In this document: one piece after another, positions 1-8,826 of the stretch
Numbering within the stretch: position 1 is the stretch's first letter
How the letters are laid out: every line of letters starts with the position of its first letter
From: a virus
Taxonomy: Duplodnaviria > Caudoviricetes
DNA length: 60,197 bases
Virus record (IMG/VR): IMGVR_UViG_3300025137_000038
Span: 1-60,197 of that record
Strand: one strand, 5' to 3'
The notes under the pieces: model-generated
Told to the model about the DNA's origin: nothing
Database searches by the model: none
Seen by the model: the letters and a program-made list of their open reading frames with translations, nothing else
Translations under genes and position numbers: made by a program

Positions 1-147
1 AAAGACTAACCCCAAATAGGGGTCAGCCATAAAATATGCTCCCATACTAAAGACAGTTATCAGGGCGGTAGTTACACCTGCAATAGGTATAATACCAACC
101 AGCATTCCATACATGGTGCCGATTAAAGCCCAGATAACATAATCCAT
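1..147 (-). CDS. tctA: Tripartite tricarboxylate transporter large membrane subunit TctA-like, 5' part (runs off window)
   Basis: Manual translation from ATG at 147: MDYVIWALIGTMYGMLVGIIPIAGVTTALITVFSMGAYFMADPYLGLVF. Hydrophobic, with a GxxxGxxVGxxP pattern like the TctA N-terminus; starts 10 nt after the tctC-like stop. Confidence 0.7.
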   Translation of the reverse strand, partial: MDYVIWALIGTMYGMLVGIIPIAGVTTALITVFSMGAYFMADPYLGLVF

Positions 148-157
148 ACTATAAACC

Positions 158-1213
158 TTACTTTAAAAGTTCTGGTTTATAGATTGAAGGGAAACCGTAT
201 GCTTCTTGATTCCACTTAACCGCATCTTTAAGAGCTTTTTCTGTAATCAAAGATTTCAGTGCCGCTAATAGACTTGGTCCATCTTGGATCCAAGGATAAA
301 CACCTGTTTTAGCATAAATTTCTGCACTTGCAACCGGATCATTAATCATCTCAGTTACAGCCGCTTTAACTTTTGCCGCATTAGGGTTACCTTTGTTCAT
401 CCAAAGTGATTTTTGAATTGCATCACGCCAGTTACGAGTAAGTTTATATGCTTGATATAAATCACCCTTTGGTGCTTCGCCCCATAACTCTTCATACAAG
501 TCTTCAAACTGTGTATTTGGAAAGTTTGGGTCTGCAATTTGTACGTTGTTTTCTAAATCTAGAATACCGTGTGTGAACCAAAGTTCATTACCTTCGATAC
601 CTTCGTAGAAACGTTTCCACGCCGCTGGACTTTCACGTGCTACATCAAATTCGCCGTTTTTAAATCCAAGACGTTTTTCTCCGCCTGATACACCGTTAAC
701 CCAGATAACACGTTCTCTCCAACATTTTAAATAGTCGTCGATTGTGTTGTTACCTTGTGGTCCACATAGTAACATAGCAACTGCCGCCGCATCTGGTTCG
801 AAACCTGATCCGCCTGCAATAGTCCATGTGCCTGATTTTTCATCTGCTCCTGCGTGTTTACCTAAAACGATATCATTATTCATTGAACCAATTAGCTCAT
901 AATCAAAGTAATCGTAATCTACTTTATCTAGTAGATATGATACACCATTACCACCGTGTGCTACCATAATCGTTTTGTCATCAAAACGTAGGTCATTGTG
1001 GAACTTATTGAATCCAGGGATATCTCTAGCACCTGGAATATGGCGTACCACTACTGGTTCACCAATAAACTTTTCTAAGTTTTTTGCAATAATTTCGCCC
1101 CATACTGAAGTACCTTTACCAGGTGCTTGAGGAACGATTAGTGTATAATCAGCGAATGCTGAAGAAACAATACCTAAGGATAGGATTGCTGAAAGTAGTA
1201 GTCTTTTAAACAT
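158..1213 (-). CDS. tctC: Tripartite tricarboxylate transporter substrate-binding protein (TctC/Bug family)
   Basis: Signal peptide ending SAFA|D; LIVPQAPGKGT...LEKFIGEPVVVRHIPGA matches the Bug/TctC N-terminal signature; RBS AAAGGAG. Confidence 0.8.
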   Translation of the reverse strand: MFKRLLLSAILSLGIVSSAFADYTLIVPQAPGKGTSVWGEIIAKNLEKFIGEPVVVRHIPGARDIPGFNKFHNDLRFDDKTIMVAHGGNGVSYLLDKVDYDYFDYELIGSMNNDIVLGKHAGADEKSGTWTIAGGSGFEPDAAAVAMLLCGPQGNNTIDDYLKCWRERVIWVNGVSGGEKRLGFKNGEFDVARESPAAWKRFYEGIEGNELWFTHGILDLENNVQIADPNFPNTQFEDLYEELWGEAPKGDLYQAYKLTRNWRDAIQKSLWMNKGNPNAAKVKAAVTEMINDPVASAEIYAKTGVYPWIQDGPSLLAALKSLITEKALKDAVKWNQEAYGFPSIYKPELLK

Positions 1214-1466
1214 AAATGTTCTCCTTTGTTTTACTACATTAATGTTGGGTCTTTTACAACCCGTTAGCCCATACTAAAAACTCTGTGCAATTACACAGAA
1301 TAAGAGTAGATAATATTGTCTGGAGAGTTTTTATATAAAAAAGCCAGAATTGAGTATATCATTTTCAGTCTCTTGTTTTGTCGTTTGGAATTTTTTTATC
1401 AAAATTTGCTTTTTAAGTATTGCACTTAAAATTATTGATTAGTTAACGTTTTGTTGCTAACAGTTT

Positions 1467-1474
1467 TATTTATC
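1467..1474 (-). promoter_or_regulatory. Late promoter box (GATAAATA) in the loop of a long inverted repeat, upstream of tctC
   Basis: TAAATA core flanked by inverted arms 1443-1466 and 1476-1497. Confidence 0.5.
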
Positions 1475-1505
1475 TAAACTGTTAACAACTACGTTAAAAT
1501 GTGTT

Positions 1506-4016
1506 TTATTTTAATCCTGCTAGGAATAAAATTTCGTCTACTAAATGCTGGTCAGCCGGTGTTTCAACTATATCTGTTGATTCTGTTGATTCAGTTGACT
1601 CATTTTTCTTCTTGTCTTCTGCTTCTTTTTCGGCTTTTTCTTTTGCTTTTAGTTTTTTAACTTCTTCAGGAGTTCCGTCATAAGCGTCTTCTTCTTTGAC
1701 ATCTTCTTTTTCTTCTTCCTTACTATCGTCTTTTTTCTTACCTTTTTTAGCGTCAAGCATTTTTTGGAAAGCGGCTTTTTGTGCCGGACTTTGTGCTTCC
1801 TCAACTGTTTCGCCTTTGAAAGTGTATTCTTCTTTCATACCTAATTGTTGCATTACTTGTTTAACCATAGCACTAATATCACTTGAACCAAGTTCTTCCA
1901 TTGGTGCATGGAATTCAGCAACATCTTCAATAGTTGCTAATAAAGTTTGCATATCTGTATGTTTAAGTATGTTATCTAATGTAACTGGACTTGCAGTAAC
2001 ACGCCATTTAATTGCGTCTGCAATTTCGTCAACTTCATCTTGTGAATGTTCATTAGCGCCTGCCATTGCGTAACCTTCTGATTGTTTTTTCTCATCTGAT
2101 GTATCACCAGTAACTTTATATTTTTTACCGTCTACTTCAAATTCGTCTTTACCGTCATCGATTGCTTTTTTTCTAGCGTCTGTAAATTCATTTCCTTCTG
2201 GAACGTCTGCTTCATCTACACCATTATAGTTGTCGTAGAATTCAGATGCGCCTTCATCGTCTGCGTTTGGTCCACCATGCTTTTTCATAAACTGTTCTTT
2301 GCTCATGCTTTCAGCATCATCTTCCATTGCTCTTTTGACTGCACCTTCATTAGTGGCTCCTGTAACTTTTTGACAAATTGCATGAACTTTACCTTTTAAA
2401 TCTTCTGGTATATCATATCCGTCTAAATTTTCTTTTACCCATGCACAGATAATTGGACGAGCATCACCTTCTGGATTCTTGTCGCCTGCATCACCTAAAG
2501 CATCAAATAATTCGTCGTCACCTATAATACCGTAAATTGAACTTGTTGCATTATCGCCTTCTGCACCGAGGGGTAGTACATCTGCCATTAAGCCTTCTAG
2601 TTCACCTACTGCTTCTTCAGTATCTGGGATTGCCCAAGTACCTTCTGAAAGGTTTTCCATATAATCTTCATACTGGTCTTCCATCGATTTTGCTTTTAAA
2701 TCTCTTTTAGTTGGAATTTCAGTTACGTTTCCTTTTAAGTATTTAGATGCTAGTTGGTAAGCCGCTTTTTTATCTGCTGGATTATCCATAGAACCTAAGT
2801 CACTTATCTGTAAAGAAAGTGCATCGTCAACTGTACGTTTTGCTAACGACATAATAATTTTTCTAACAATACCATCTTGTGGATTCTCAGAAGTTTTTTG
2901 ATTTCTAATAACCATTTGTTTAATATGGTCAATATAATTTTTAATGTCTGCATCTTCTTCTGGATGCGGACGTAATTCTATTTTAGCACTTGGATCTTTT
3001 GCCAAATTGTGTGCCAATTCTTTATTACTCTCTTGTACTTTCATTTTATTAATCCCTCTAGCCAAATTCGGCAGTATTGTATCTACAATGTTATCTTTTT
3101 GAATACGGACTAACTTACTTCTAATGTCTTCTAAATCTGCTTGTTCAACATTATCTTCAGTTGGTCTATATTGTTCTACATAACTCTGATATCCTTTGGG
3201 TCTAGAGATAGTTTTTAATGTTTCTCTAATACCTTTATATCTTTCACGTGCTTGTTCAATAATTTTTGTTGCTTCTTCTATATTTGCAAAATTATCTGCA
3301 CGTTTAAATGCCTTAACAAATCTTTGTAAGTCGTAGGCTTCCTGAGTTAACTCATGTATATGTTGTCCGATTTCATCGTCATATGCACCTTCGCTTGTCA
3401 TATGTTGTGCGATAGCTCTACCGGCAATTAAACTTTTGAAAGGTAATTTAAATCTACCGTGTTCTCCGTTTTCAATAAACAAAGAATGTATTTGTCTACT
3501 ACGAGCACCACGAATAGTTTCATCAACAGGGTTTTTATGCTTAATTATTAAACGAACATTCTCACCAAAACTTTGATAAGATGTTTTTAATGTACCTGTT
3601 AGTTTGCTTTCAAACGTTACTTCTGAACTGTCGTAACTGTTATCATTTGCTTTGATATATGCATAATCAGTTTTATCTAATTGTTGCTTACCAATGTTAC
3701 GAACGTCAAAACTCATTAAATTTCTTTTTGCAAAAAATCTTAATTCTTTTAAGAATGAATACCAATCTTTTTTATCATCATAACGCATATCTTCTGTAAT
3801 ATTGTTATTATAATATATTACTAAAGAACTAGGATCTACGATATTTACAGTAACACTACCATAACTTTTAGCACTTCCACCGTATTCTAGTGTAAAAATT
3901 CTACCTTCACTAGACTCAACAGTGGTTACTGCCTGGCTATCTGCAATAGTCAGTTTATTAAATTTTTTGGCTAATACGCCATATAAGTCATTTGCTACTT
4001 TATTATGTATTTGCAT
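1506..4016 (-). CDS. Large hypothetical protein, probable internal head/core protein
   Basis: 836-aa ORF with an acidic low-complexity C-terminal half; ends ILFLAGLK like the scaffold; TAAATA box 5 nt upstream of the ATG. Confidence 0.55.
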   Translation of the reverse strand: MQIHNKVANDLYGVLAKKFNKLTIADSQAVTTVESSEGRIFTLEYGGSAKSYGSVTVNIVDPSSLVIYYNNNITEDMRYDDKKDWYSFLKELRFFAKRNLMSFDVRNIGKQQLDKTDYAYIKANDNSYDSSEVTFESKLTGTLKTSYQSFGENVRLIIKHKNPVDETIRGARSRQIHSLFIENGEHGRFKLPFKSLIAGRAIAQHMTSEGAYDDEIGQHIHELTQEAYDLQRFVKAFKRADNFANIEEATKIIEQARERYKGIRETLKTISRPKGYQSYVEQYRPTEDNVEQADLEDIRSKLVRIQKDNIVDTILPNLARGINKMKVQESNKELAHNLAKDPSAKIELRPHPEEDADIKNYIDHIKQMVIRNQKTSENPQDGIVRKIIMSLAKRTVDDALSLQISDLGSMDNPADKKAAYQLASKYLKGNVTEIPTKRDLKAKSMEDQYEDYMENLSEGTWAIPDTEEAVGELEGLMADVLPLGAEGDNATSSIYGIIGDDELFDALGDAGDKNPEGDARPIICAWVKENLDGYDIPEDLKGKVHAICQKVTGATNEGAVKRAMEDDAESMSKEQFMKKHGGPNADDEGASEFYDNYNGVDEADVPEGNEFTDARKKAIDDGKDEFEVDGKKYKVTGDTSDEKKQSEGYAMAGANEHSQDEVDEIADAIKWRVTASPVTLDNILKHTDMQTLLATIEDVAEFHAPMEELGSSDISAMVKQVMQQLGMKEEYTFKGETVEEAQSPAQKAAFQKMLDAKKGKKKDDSKEEEKEDVKEEDAYDGTPEEVKKLKAKEKAEKEAEDKKKNESTESTESTDIVETPADQHLVDEILFLAGLK

Positions 4017-4021
4017 ATTAC

Positions 4022-4029
4022 TATTTACC
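4022..4029 (-). promoter_or_regulatory. Late promoter box GGTAAATA (predicted leaderless transcript)
   Basis: GGTAAATA-GTAAT-ATG; no Shine-Dalgarno between the box and the ATG. Confidence 0.65.
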
Positions 4030-4033
4030 TTTT

Positions 4034-5608
4034 TTATATTAATAATGTAGGCATCGGCTCTACTATATCGTCAAAATTATCGCTTAAAAGCTCGTCTATT
4101 CCTGCATCATACTTCTTTAACACCATACTCATGCGGATTGCTAATACCATAGACATAACTAAATCGTCTGTTTCACCCGGTCTTGCTTGGAAACTGCTAC
4201 CTACTGCAACAAAGGATTTAAGTTCTGATATTAAATTTCTGCTATTAATCTTTAATCTTTTAGACTCAATTAAACTTTTTAACTTAGAACAGGCTGAAAT
4301 TTTAGATTTATGTGTAGTATTAAACCCCCTTCTAAATCTTTTTGAATTACCATGTCCTTTAGGTTCACTAATAAAATATCCAGGTATATTCTCTTCTCCA
4401 ATTTCTTGTATTGTAACTAGTGCGGCTTCACCTAATGTATTATTCTCCACACTGTAGTAAACGTCATTGGGCTCGTCTATTTGTTGCACTAGATATTCAC
4501 CTATCTCTTTCATAATTTTTATTTGTTGTACAATAGGTGTTTTGTTGTGCATAAATTCTGCTACTTGTTCTAATGAAGGCATCTCAATAACTTGTATTGC
4601 GGCATTGTCGCCCCCAGTTCCTAAACTAGGATCTAAACTTATTAAGTATATGTTTCCTTTTTTAGGTTTTTTAAACCAACGTACTTGTCCTTGTCTTTCA
4701 ATTGGGTCTTTGCCTTCCATCTCTGCTAAACGTATTGCGTTGATTAATGTTTCATCAAATATAATTGGTTCACAATCCATCTCACGTTTAAAACGTTCTT
4801 CCCCAATACGCCCTAATTCTTCTTTAGCCCATTCTTCATCTCTGTCTGGATGTTCTTGCCATAGTGCTTTAAATCCATGGAATCCGTTAATACCTATTCC
4901 GCCTTTTAACGGATGACCATATTCATCTATAGTCCTATTTGCTTCTGTCCATAGTAACCAAAATTGATCTTCGTCACTGTTAGGTGTACTTGTAATAATT
5001 GCTTTACCACCAGTTGCTAGTGTAGGTGATATACTTGTCCAAAACTCTCTGGCAATAGTTGGTCGCACAAATGCAAACTCATCACAATATAGTAACGTAA
5101 TACTCATACCACGTCCTGTATTTTCTGTAGTTGCTTGGGCTACAATTCTACTTCCGTTTTCGAATTCAATACTGCCTTTGTTGTAACTTGTAACTCCTGC
5201 TCTTATATGGTCTGGCATAAGTTCGTATGCATATCTAACTTTTTGCATAATTTCCTGAGCACCTGCATACTTGTGAGCCGCAATTAAAATTGTACTATCC
5301 GGTACAAACATACCATACCATAACAAGTATCCAGCCGCAGTAGTAGTTTTACCCATTTGTCTACTTAATAAATTAATACTAAATCTATTAGTATGGTAAC
5401 TGTTAACTAACGTTTCTTGATACTTGTATGGCTTGTAAATAATTTTGCCATCGACAGGATGCTGAATATGAAAATACTTGTTTAAAAAATACGCAGGTCC
5501 TGTATCAGGGTCAGCACATTCTTTAAAATCTAGTAATTCTTCTTCAGTCCATCTTAACTTTTGGTGTGGCTTTTTAATTAAGACACCGTCTAGGCTCTTG
5601 CTTACCAT
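4034..5608 (-). CDS. gp17: Terminase large subunit (T4 gp17-like)
   Basis: Walker A SRQMGKTT, Walker B LLYCDE, coupling motif TSTPN, RNase H-like ISLDPSLGTGGD and C-terminal DDLVM. Confidence 0.95.
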   Translation of the reverse strand: MVSKSLDGVLIKKPHQKLRWTEEELLDFKECADPDTGPAYFLNKYFHIQHPVDGKIIYKPYKYQETLVNSYHTNRFSINLLSRQMGKTTTAAGYLLWYGMFVPDSTILIAAHKYAGAQEIMQKVRYAYELMPDHIRAGVTSYNKGSIEFENGSRIVAQATTENTGRGMSITLLYCDEFAFVRPTIAREFWTSISPTLATGGKAIITSTPNSDEDQFWLLWTEANRTIDEYGHPLKGGIGINGFHGFKALWQEHPDRDEEWAKEELGRIGEERFKREMDCEPIIFDETLINAIRLAEMEGKDPIERQGQVRWFKKPKKGNIYLISLDPSLGTGGDNAAIQVIEMPSLEQVAEFMHNKTPIVQQIKIMKEIGEYLVQQIDEPNDVYYSVENNTLGEAALVTIQEIGEENIPGYFISEPKGHGNSKRFRRGFNTTHKSKISACSKLKSLIESKRLKINSRNLISELKSFVAVGSSFQARPGETDDLVMSMVLAIRMSMVLKKYDAGIDELLSDNFDDIVEPMPTLLI

Positions 5609-5618
5609 TTTTTATCTC

Positions 5619-5837
5619 TTAATTGTTTAGACTTTTTATGTGTTTATGTAGTGCATTAACAAGTTTATCTTTTGTTAATCGTCTGTCTAACTCTATTTTG
5701 TGTCTTCTACCTAATGCTTCTAAGTCTTTCTTAGTCATCTTTGATAGATCTTTTTTGCTAGGTACTAACACTAAAGGTTTTTGTTTTACTTCAACTTTAG
5801 GTTTCACTGCAAAAATTTTGTTTAACCATTTAAACAT
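5619..5837 (-). CDS. Small basic protein with Rho-N/HeH-like helical domain
   Basis: DLSKMTKKDLEALGRRHKIELDRRLTKDKLV pattern; RBS AGGAG; late box at 5886. Confidence 0.55.
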   Translation of the reverse strand: MFKWLNKIFAVKPKVEVKQKPLVLVPSKKDLSKMTKKDLEALGRRHKIELDRRLTKDKLVNALHKHIKSLNN

Positions 5838-5885
5838 ATTGATTTCTCCTATTCTAATATGTATTATATATACATATTACTATTG

Positions 5886-5893
5886 TATTTATC
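5886..5893 (-). promoter_or_regulatory. Late promoter box GATAAATA
   Basis: TAAATA core upstream of the 72-aa gene and terminase. Confidence 0.65.
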
Positions 5894-5984
5894 GGTAAAC
5901 TAATTGGGGATTGTTTAATTACACTGTACGGCCCTTAAATACGTCGTATAAGCCCGTTTATTACAACTCGGCTACATTTATGTA

Positions 5985-6215
5985 TTAATTATCGTAGGGC
6001 TTCTCGCCAGTCAACCATGGCTTACTGAACCATAGTCTAAACCATGCTTCTGTGCCTGGCTTTATTTTCTTTTCTTTTTGCTTTTTAGATAATTTATCAG
6101 CAAGACTGCCAAAGTTTTCATTTGTAGATGAGTAAGGGGTCAACCCAGAATATGAATCAACCCCTGCTAATTTTTTTAATTCTAATAATTCGTTTTCAAA
6201 TGCCTTATCAGCCAT
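5985..6215 (-). CDS. Hypothetical protein with ELKKLAGV motif
   Basis: 76-aa ORF tightly spaced in the operon; IKPGTEAWFRLWFSKPWLTGE C-terminus. Confidence 0.65.
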   Translation of the reverse strand: MADKAFENELLELKKLAGVDSYSGLTPYSSTNENFGSLADKLSKKQKEKKIKPGTEAWFRLWFSKPWLTGEKPYDN

Positions 6216-6223
6216 GATAAGAA

Positions 6224-7261
6224 TTACATATCAGATAACATCTTAGCCAGTTTATCTTGTAGATCTACTGCTAAAGGATTATCACCTGGATATTCTTTTT
6301 TAAATTGTTTCTTAGGACCGTTTAGTCCACCTGACATCTTGTTTAGTTGTGTGTCTGCATCGAAGTAATCTTCGTCTGGAGAGTTACTATACTCGTCAAG
6401 TTCAACTTCGCTAGTTGCCTCTACTGGTGCTTCTACTTGTGCCTCTTCAGCCTGTGCTTCTGCACTAATAACTTCCTTGCCTAATCCAGCGAGTTCCAAT
6501 ACTCTCGCCAAATCTTCAACAGCCACTTCTACTGTGTCTTTTTGGGTTGTTTCCATATTTTGCTCCTCGCTTTTCATTTCTAAATTTTCTTCAACTGATT
6601 CTTCAGTTGGTTGTGCTTCTCCGGTACCTTTACAAACTTTACAGTCTTCATCACCGTCTTTGCCATCGCCATCACAGGTAGCACAATCCATATCACGTCC
6701 GCCGCCTTCGTTAACTGATTCTTCAGTTTTCGGAGTACCATCGTAATTTTTTAATGGATCAGGTACAATACTGTTTGCTCTTTCAACGACATCTTGCAAC
6801 ATTTGTATTGCATCATTCATTGTAGTAAGTTGATCTGTTAAGTCACCAGCGCCTGTGGCACCTGGCATTGAATCTGTTTTGCCTAGTAATCTAATATCTT
6901 TAGCAACATCGTCAACTTTTTTCTGTAACTCACCTAAACGGTGAATTTTGTATCCGTCAAATTTATCTTCTGAAAATGATCCTGTATCACCTTCAAGTTT
7001 AGCCTTAAATTCTGCTAGGTGTCCAACAAGATCTTCTACGTTCTCATCAGTTTCTTCATTGTGAAAATCAACTAGTTCATTGTAAAGTTCATTTGTAAGT
7101 TGAAGAATTTTATCTACATCATTTACGCCTTCTTCTACGTCTGCATCTTCAAGAGATAATGCTTTCATAACTGCTGGCTTTTTGTTTAATTCTTTTGCCA
7201 TATTTAAAGGCTTCTTTTTGTTAGTATGAATGCCTTCTAATGCGTCTAATATATCTCTCAT
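6224..7261 (-). CDS. Acidic hypothetical protein (probable head internal protein) with DnaJ-type Zn finger
   Basis: CATCDGDG...CKVCKGTG; LELAGL motif; very Glu-rich. Confidence 0.6.
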   Translation of the reverse strand: MRDILDALEGIHTNKKKPLNMAKELNKKPAVMKALSLEDADVEEGVNDVDKILQLTNELYNELVDFHNEETDENVEDLVGHLAEFKAKLEGDTGSFSEDKFDGYKIHRLGELQKKVDDVAKDIRLLGKTDSMPGATGAGDLTDQLTTMNDAIQMLQDVVERANSIVPDPLKNYDGTPKTEESVNEGGGRDMDCATCDGDGKDGDEDCKVCKGTGEAQPTEESVEENLEMKSEEQNMETTQKDTVEVAVEDLARVLELAGLGKEVISAEAQAEEAQVEAPVEATSEVELDEYSNSPDEDYFDADTQLNKMSGGLNGPKKQFKKEYPGDNPLAVDLQDKLAKMLSDM

Positions 7262-7267
7262 AGTATA

Positions 7268-7816
7268 CTAATCCTTTTTCTTTGTTTCTTTTGCAACTTC
7301 GTCTGCGTATGCTTTTGCTAAAGATACTTCAGGAGTTTCTTTATTTTTTGCTAGGTCTTTTAAAAAGTTTTCGTTATACTTGTCGCCAAAATGCTCTTCT
7401 GCTTTGATCTCCATATCGTCTTTGATCTCACTTCCAAGTTTTGTTTCGTAATCTTTATCTTGTTCTTCTAGATTCTTTTCTCTAGATACTTCGTTAGGAT
7501 CATTTGGATTCATTACAATTAAATGAGAACCAGGTATACCTGCGTACTCTTGTAATTCGTTTCTTAACATATCAACAGTAGTTGGGTATGTAAGTGATAT
7601 ATCCATAATGCTAACTTCTGAATTCTTCATTGTTTGGAAATCCATAGGATGTTCCTGTATTGGTGTAACTTTTGGTTTAGACATATCGTTTAGATTGTAC
7701 TTTCCAAGTGCCATTTCAACTCTATTCAATTGTGCATCTGTTAAAGTACCTGCGTACTTCACACGAAATTTGTATTCTTTAGTGGATTCCATTAAATATT
7801 GCTTAAATGTTTTCAT
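7268..7816 (-). CDS. Hypothetical virion protein with T4-like capsid-targeting N-terminus
   Basis: N-terminus MKTFKQYLMES resembles the T4 internal-protein CTS (MKTYQEFIAE); late box at 7846. Confidence 0.6.
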   Translation of the reverse strand: MKTFKQYLMESTKEYKFRVKYAGTLTDAQLNRVEMALGKYNLNDMSKPKVTPIQEHPMDFQTMKNSEVSIMDISLTYPTTVDMLRNELQEYAGIPGSHLIVMNPNDPNEVSREKNLEEQDKDYETKLGSEIKDDMEIKAEEHFGDKYNENFLKDLAKNKETPEVSLAKAYADEVAKETKKKD

Positions 7817-7844
7817 AGTTGTATTACACCTTCTTTATATTATA

Positions 7845-8348
7845 TTATTTATCCTTTGAAAGCAGTTTTTCCAACAGTGCATTACGGTCTAATATGACTG
7901 CATCACCCTCTTCTTGTACACCATTATCTTTATCGTGTTTAGATTGTACTTGGTCTAACCTTGCTTTTTGGAGTTGTAATTGTATCATTTTTAATTTACG
8001 ATCAACTTTAGCACCTTTGGCATTTAATGCCGTATCTAATAAACGTGCCGCAGTATTAAATATCTCACCAGCATATCTGGCTTCTACGTTCATACCTAAA
8101 TCCATTAAATCCTGGAATGTATCTTTAGCCGTTACGGCTATTTCATCCATTTCTTTATCATTTAGCGATAAATCTTTTACCATTGGCAATGCTTCGTCAA
8201 TTTTATCTGCTTTTGCTATTGCTCGTTGTATATCTTCTGGTGTATGTTGTGGCTTTTCTTCCGGAGTAGGGATTACTTCACTACTAGTAGTTTCTTCTAC
8301 TTCTCTAGCCGGAGCCATATCTAATAATTCTTCTAACTTTTTTGTCAT
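7845..8348 (-). CDS. Probable terminase small subunit (gp16-like)
   Basis: 167-aa helical protein ending VILDRNALLEKL; near TerL and gp4. Confidence 0.6.
   Translation of the reverse strand: MTKKLEELLDMAPAREVEETTSSEVIPTPEEKPQHTPEDIQRAIAKADKIDEALPMVKDLSLNDKEMDEIAVTAKDTFQDLMDLGMNVEARYAGEIFNTAARLLDTALNAKGAKVDRKLKMIQLQLQKARLDQVQSKHDKDNGVQEEGDAVILDRNALLEKLLSKDK
7846..7853 (-). promoter_or_regulatory. Late promoter box GATAAATA overlapping upstream stop codon
   Basis: GAT AAA TAA at the end of the 167-aa gene. Confidence 0.6.
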
Positions 8349-8380
8349 GTTACTTCCAATAAATTATATGCTACTATAAT

Positions 8381-8388
8381 TATTTATC
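8381..8388 (-). promoter_or_regulatory. Late promoter box GATAAATA overlapping the gp4 stop
   Basis: AGA TAA ATA. Confidence 0.55.
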
Positions 8389-8821
8389 TTTTCTTTGGTC
8401 TATGGAATATGTCTTCTTCGGTTACTATTCTAAATATCAGTGAATTTTGTTTACACCACCTGTTAGCCGCTTCCCATTTAGCAGAATTAAGTATAACTTT
8501 TGCCTGTGCTTGTCTACTTCTACCTGCATTTTCCATTGTTGTTTCTTTTTTAGGCTTTACTTCAATAACTTCAGCACGTTTTTTACCTTGTTTATCTTGG
8601 TAAACAACAAGAAAGTCTGGAACATATATAGTATTTTTACCTGTTAAAGGATTTTTGTAAGGAATTTTTATTGCTTCACTGGCCCATTGTATTATACCAG
8701 GATGATTATCACAGAAGTTCATAAATGCCCACTCCCAACTACTTCTATAATTAGGTGTGCGATTACCTGAATACTTCTCTGGATTCTTGACTACATATTT
8801 CCCTTGAGCATATTTTGCCAT
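8384..8821 (-). CDS. gp4: Head completion nuclease (T4 gp4-like, TnsA-like PD-(D/E)XK)
   Basis: YRSSWE...WASE...YVPDF...IEVKP...KWEAA motifs. Confidence 0.85.
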   Translation of the reverse strand: MAKYAQGKYVVKNPEKYSGNRTPNYRSSWEWAFMNFCDNHPGIIQWASEAIKIPYKNPLTGKNTIYVPDFLVVYQDKQGKKRAEVIEVKPKKETTMENAGRSRQAQAKVILNSAKWEAANRWCKQNSLIFRIVTEEDIFHRPKKR

Positions 8822-8826
8822 GGCGA

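Noticed and set aside
1220-1280. SAM-II/SAM-V riboswitch before tctC (AAUGUAGUAAAACAAAGGAG resembles their 3' ends)
   Set aside because: I could not build the required pseudoknot or find the conserved 5' loop; kept only as an unclassified structured leader.
4034-5608. Intron or intein in the terminase (also checked portal, MCP and gp46)
   Set aside because: ORFs are continuous and of ordinary length, with no intein splice motifs.
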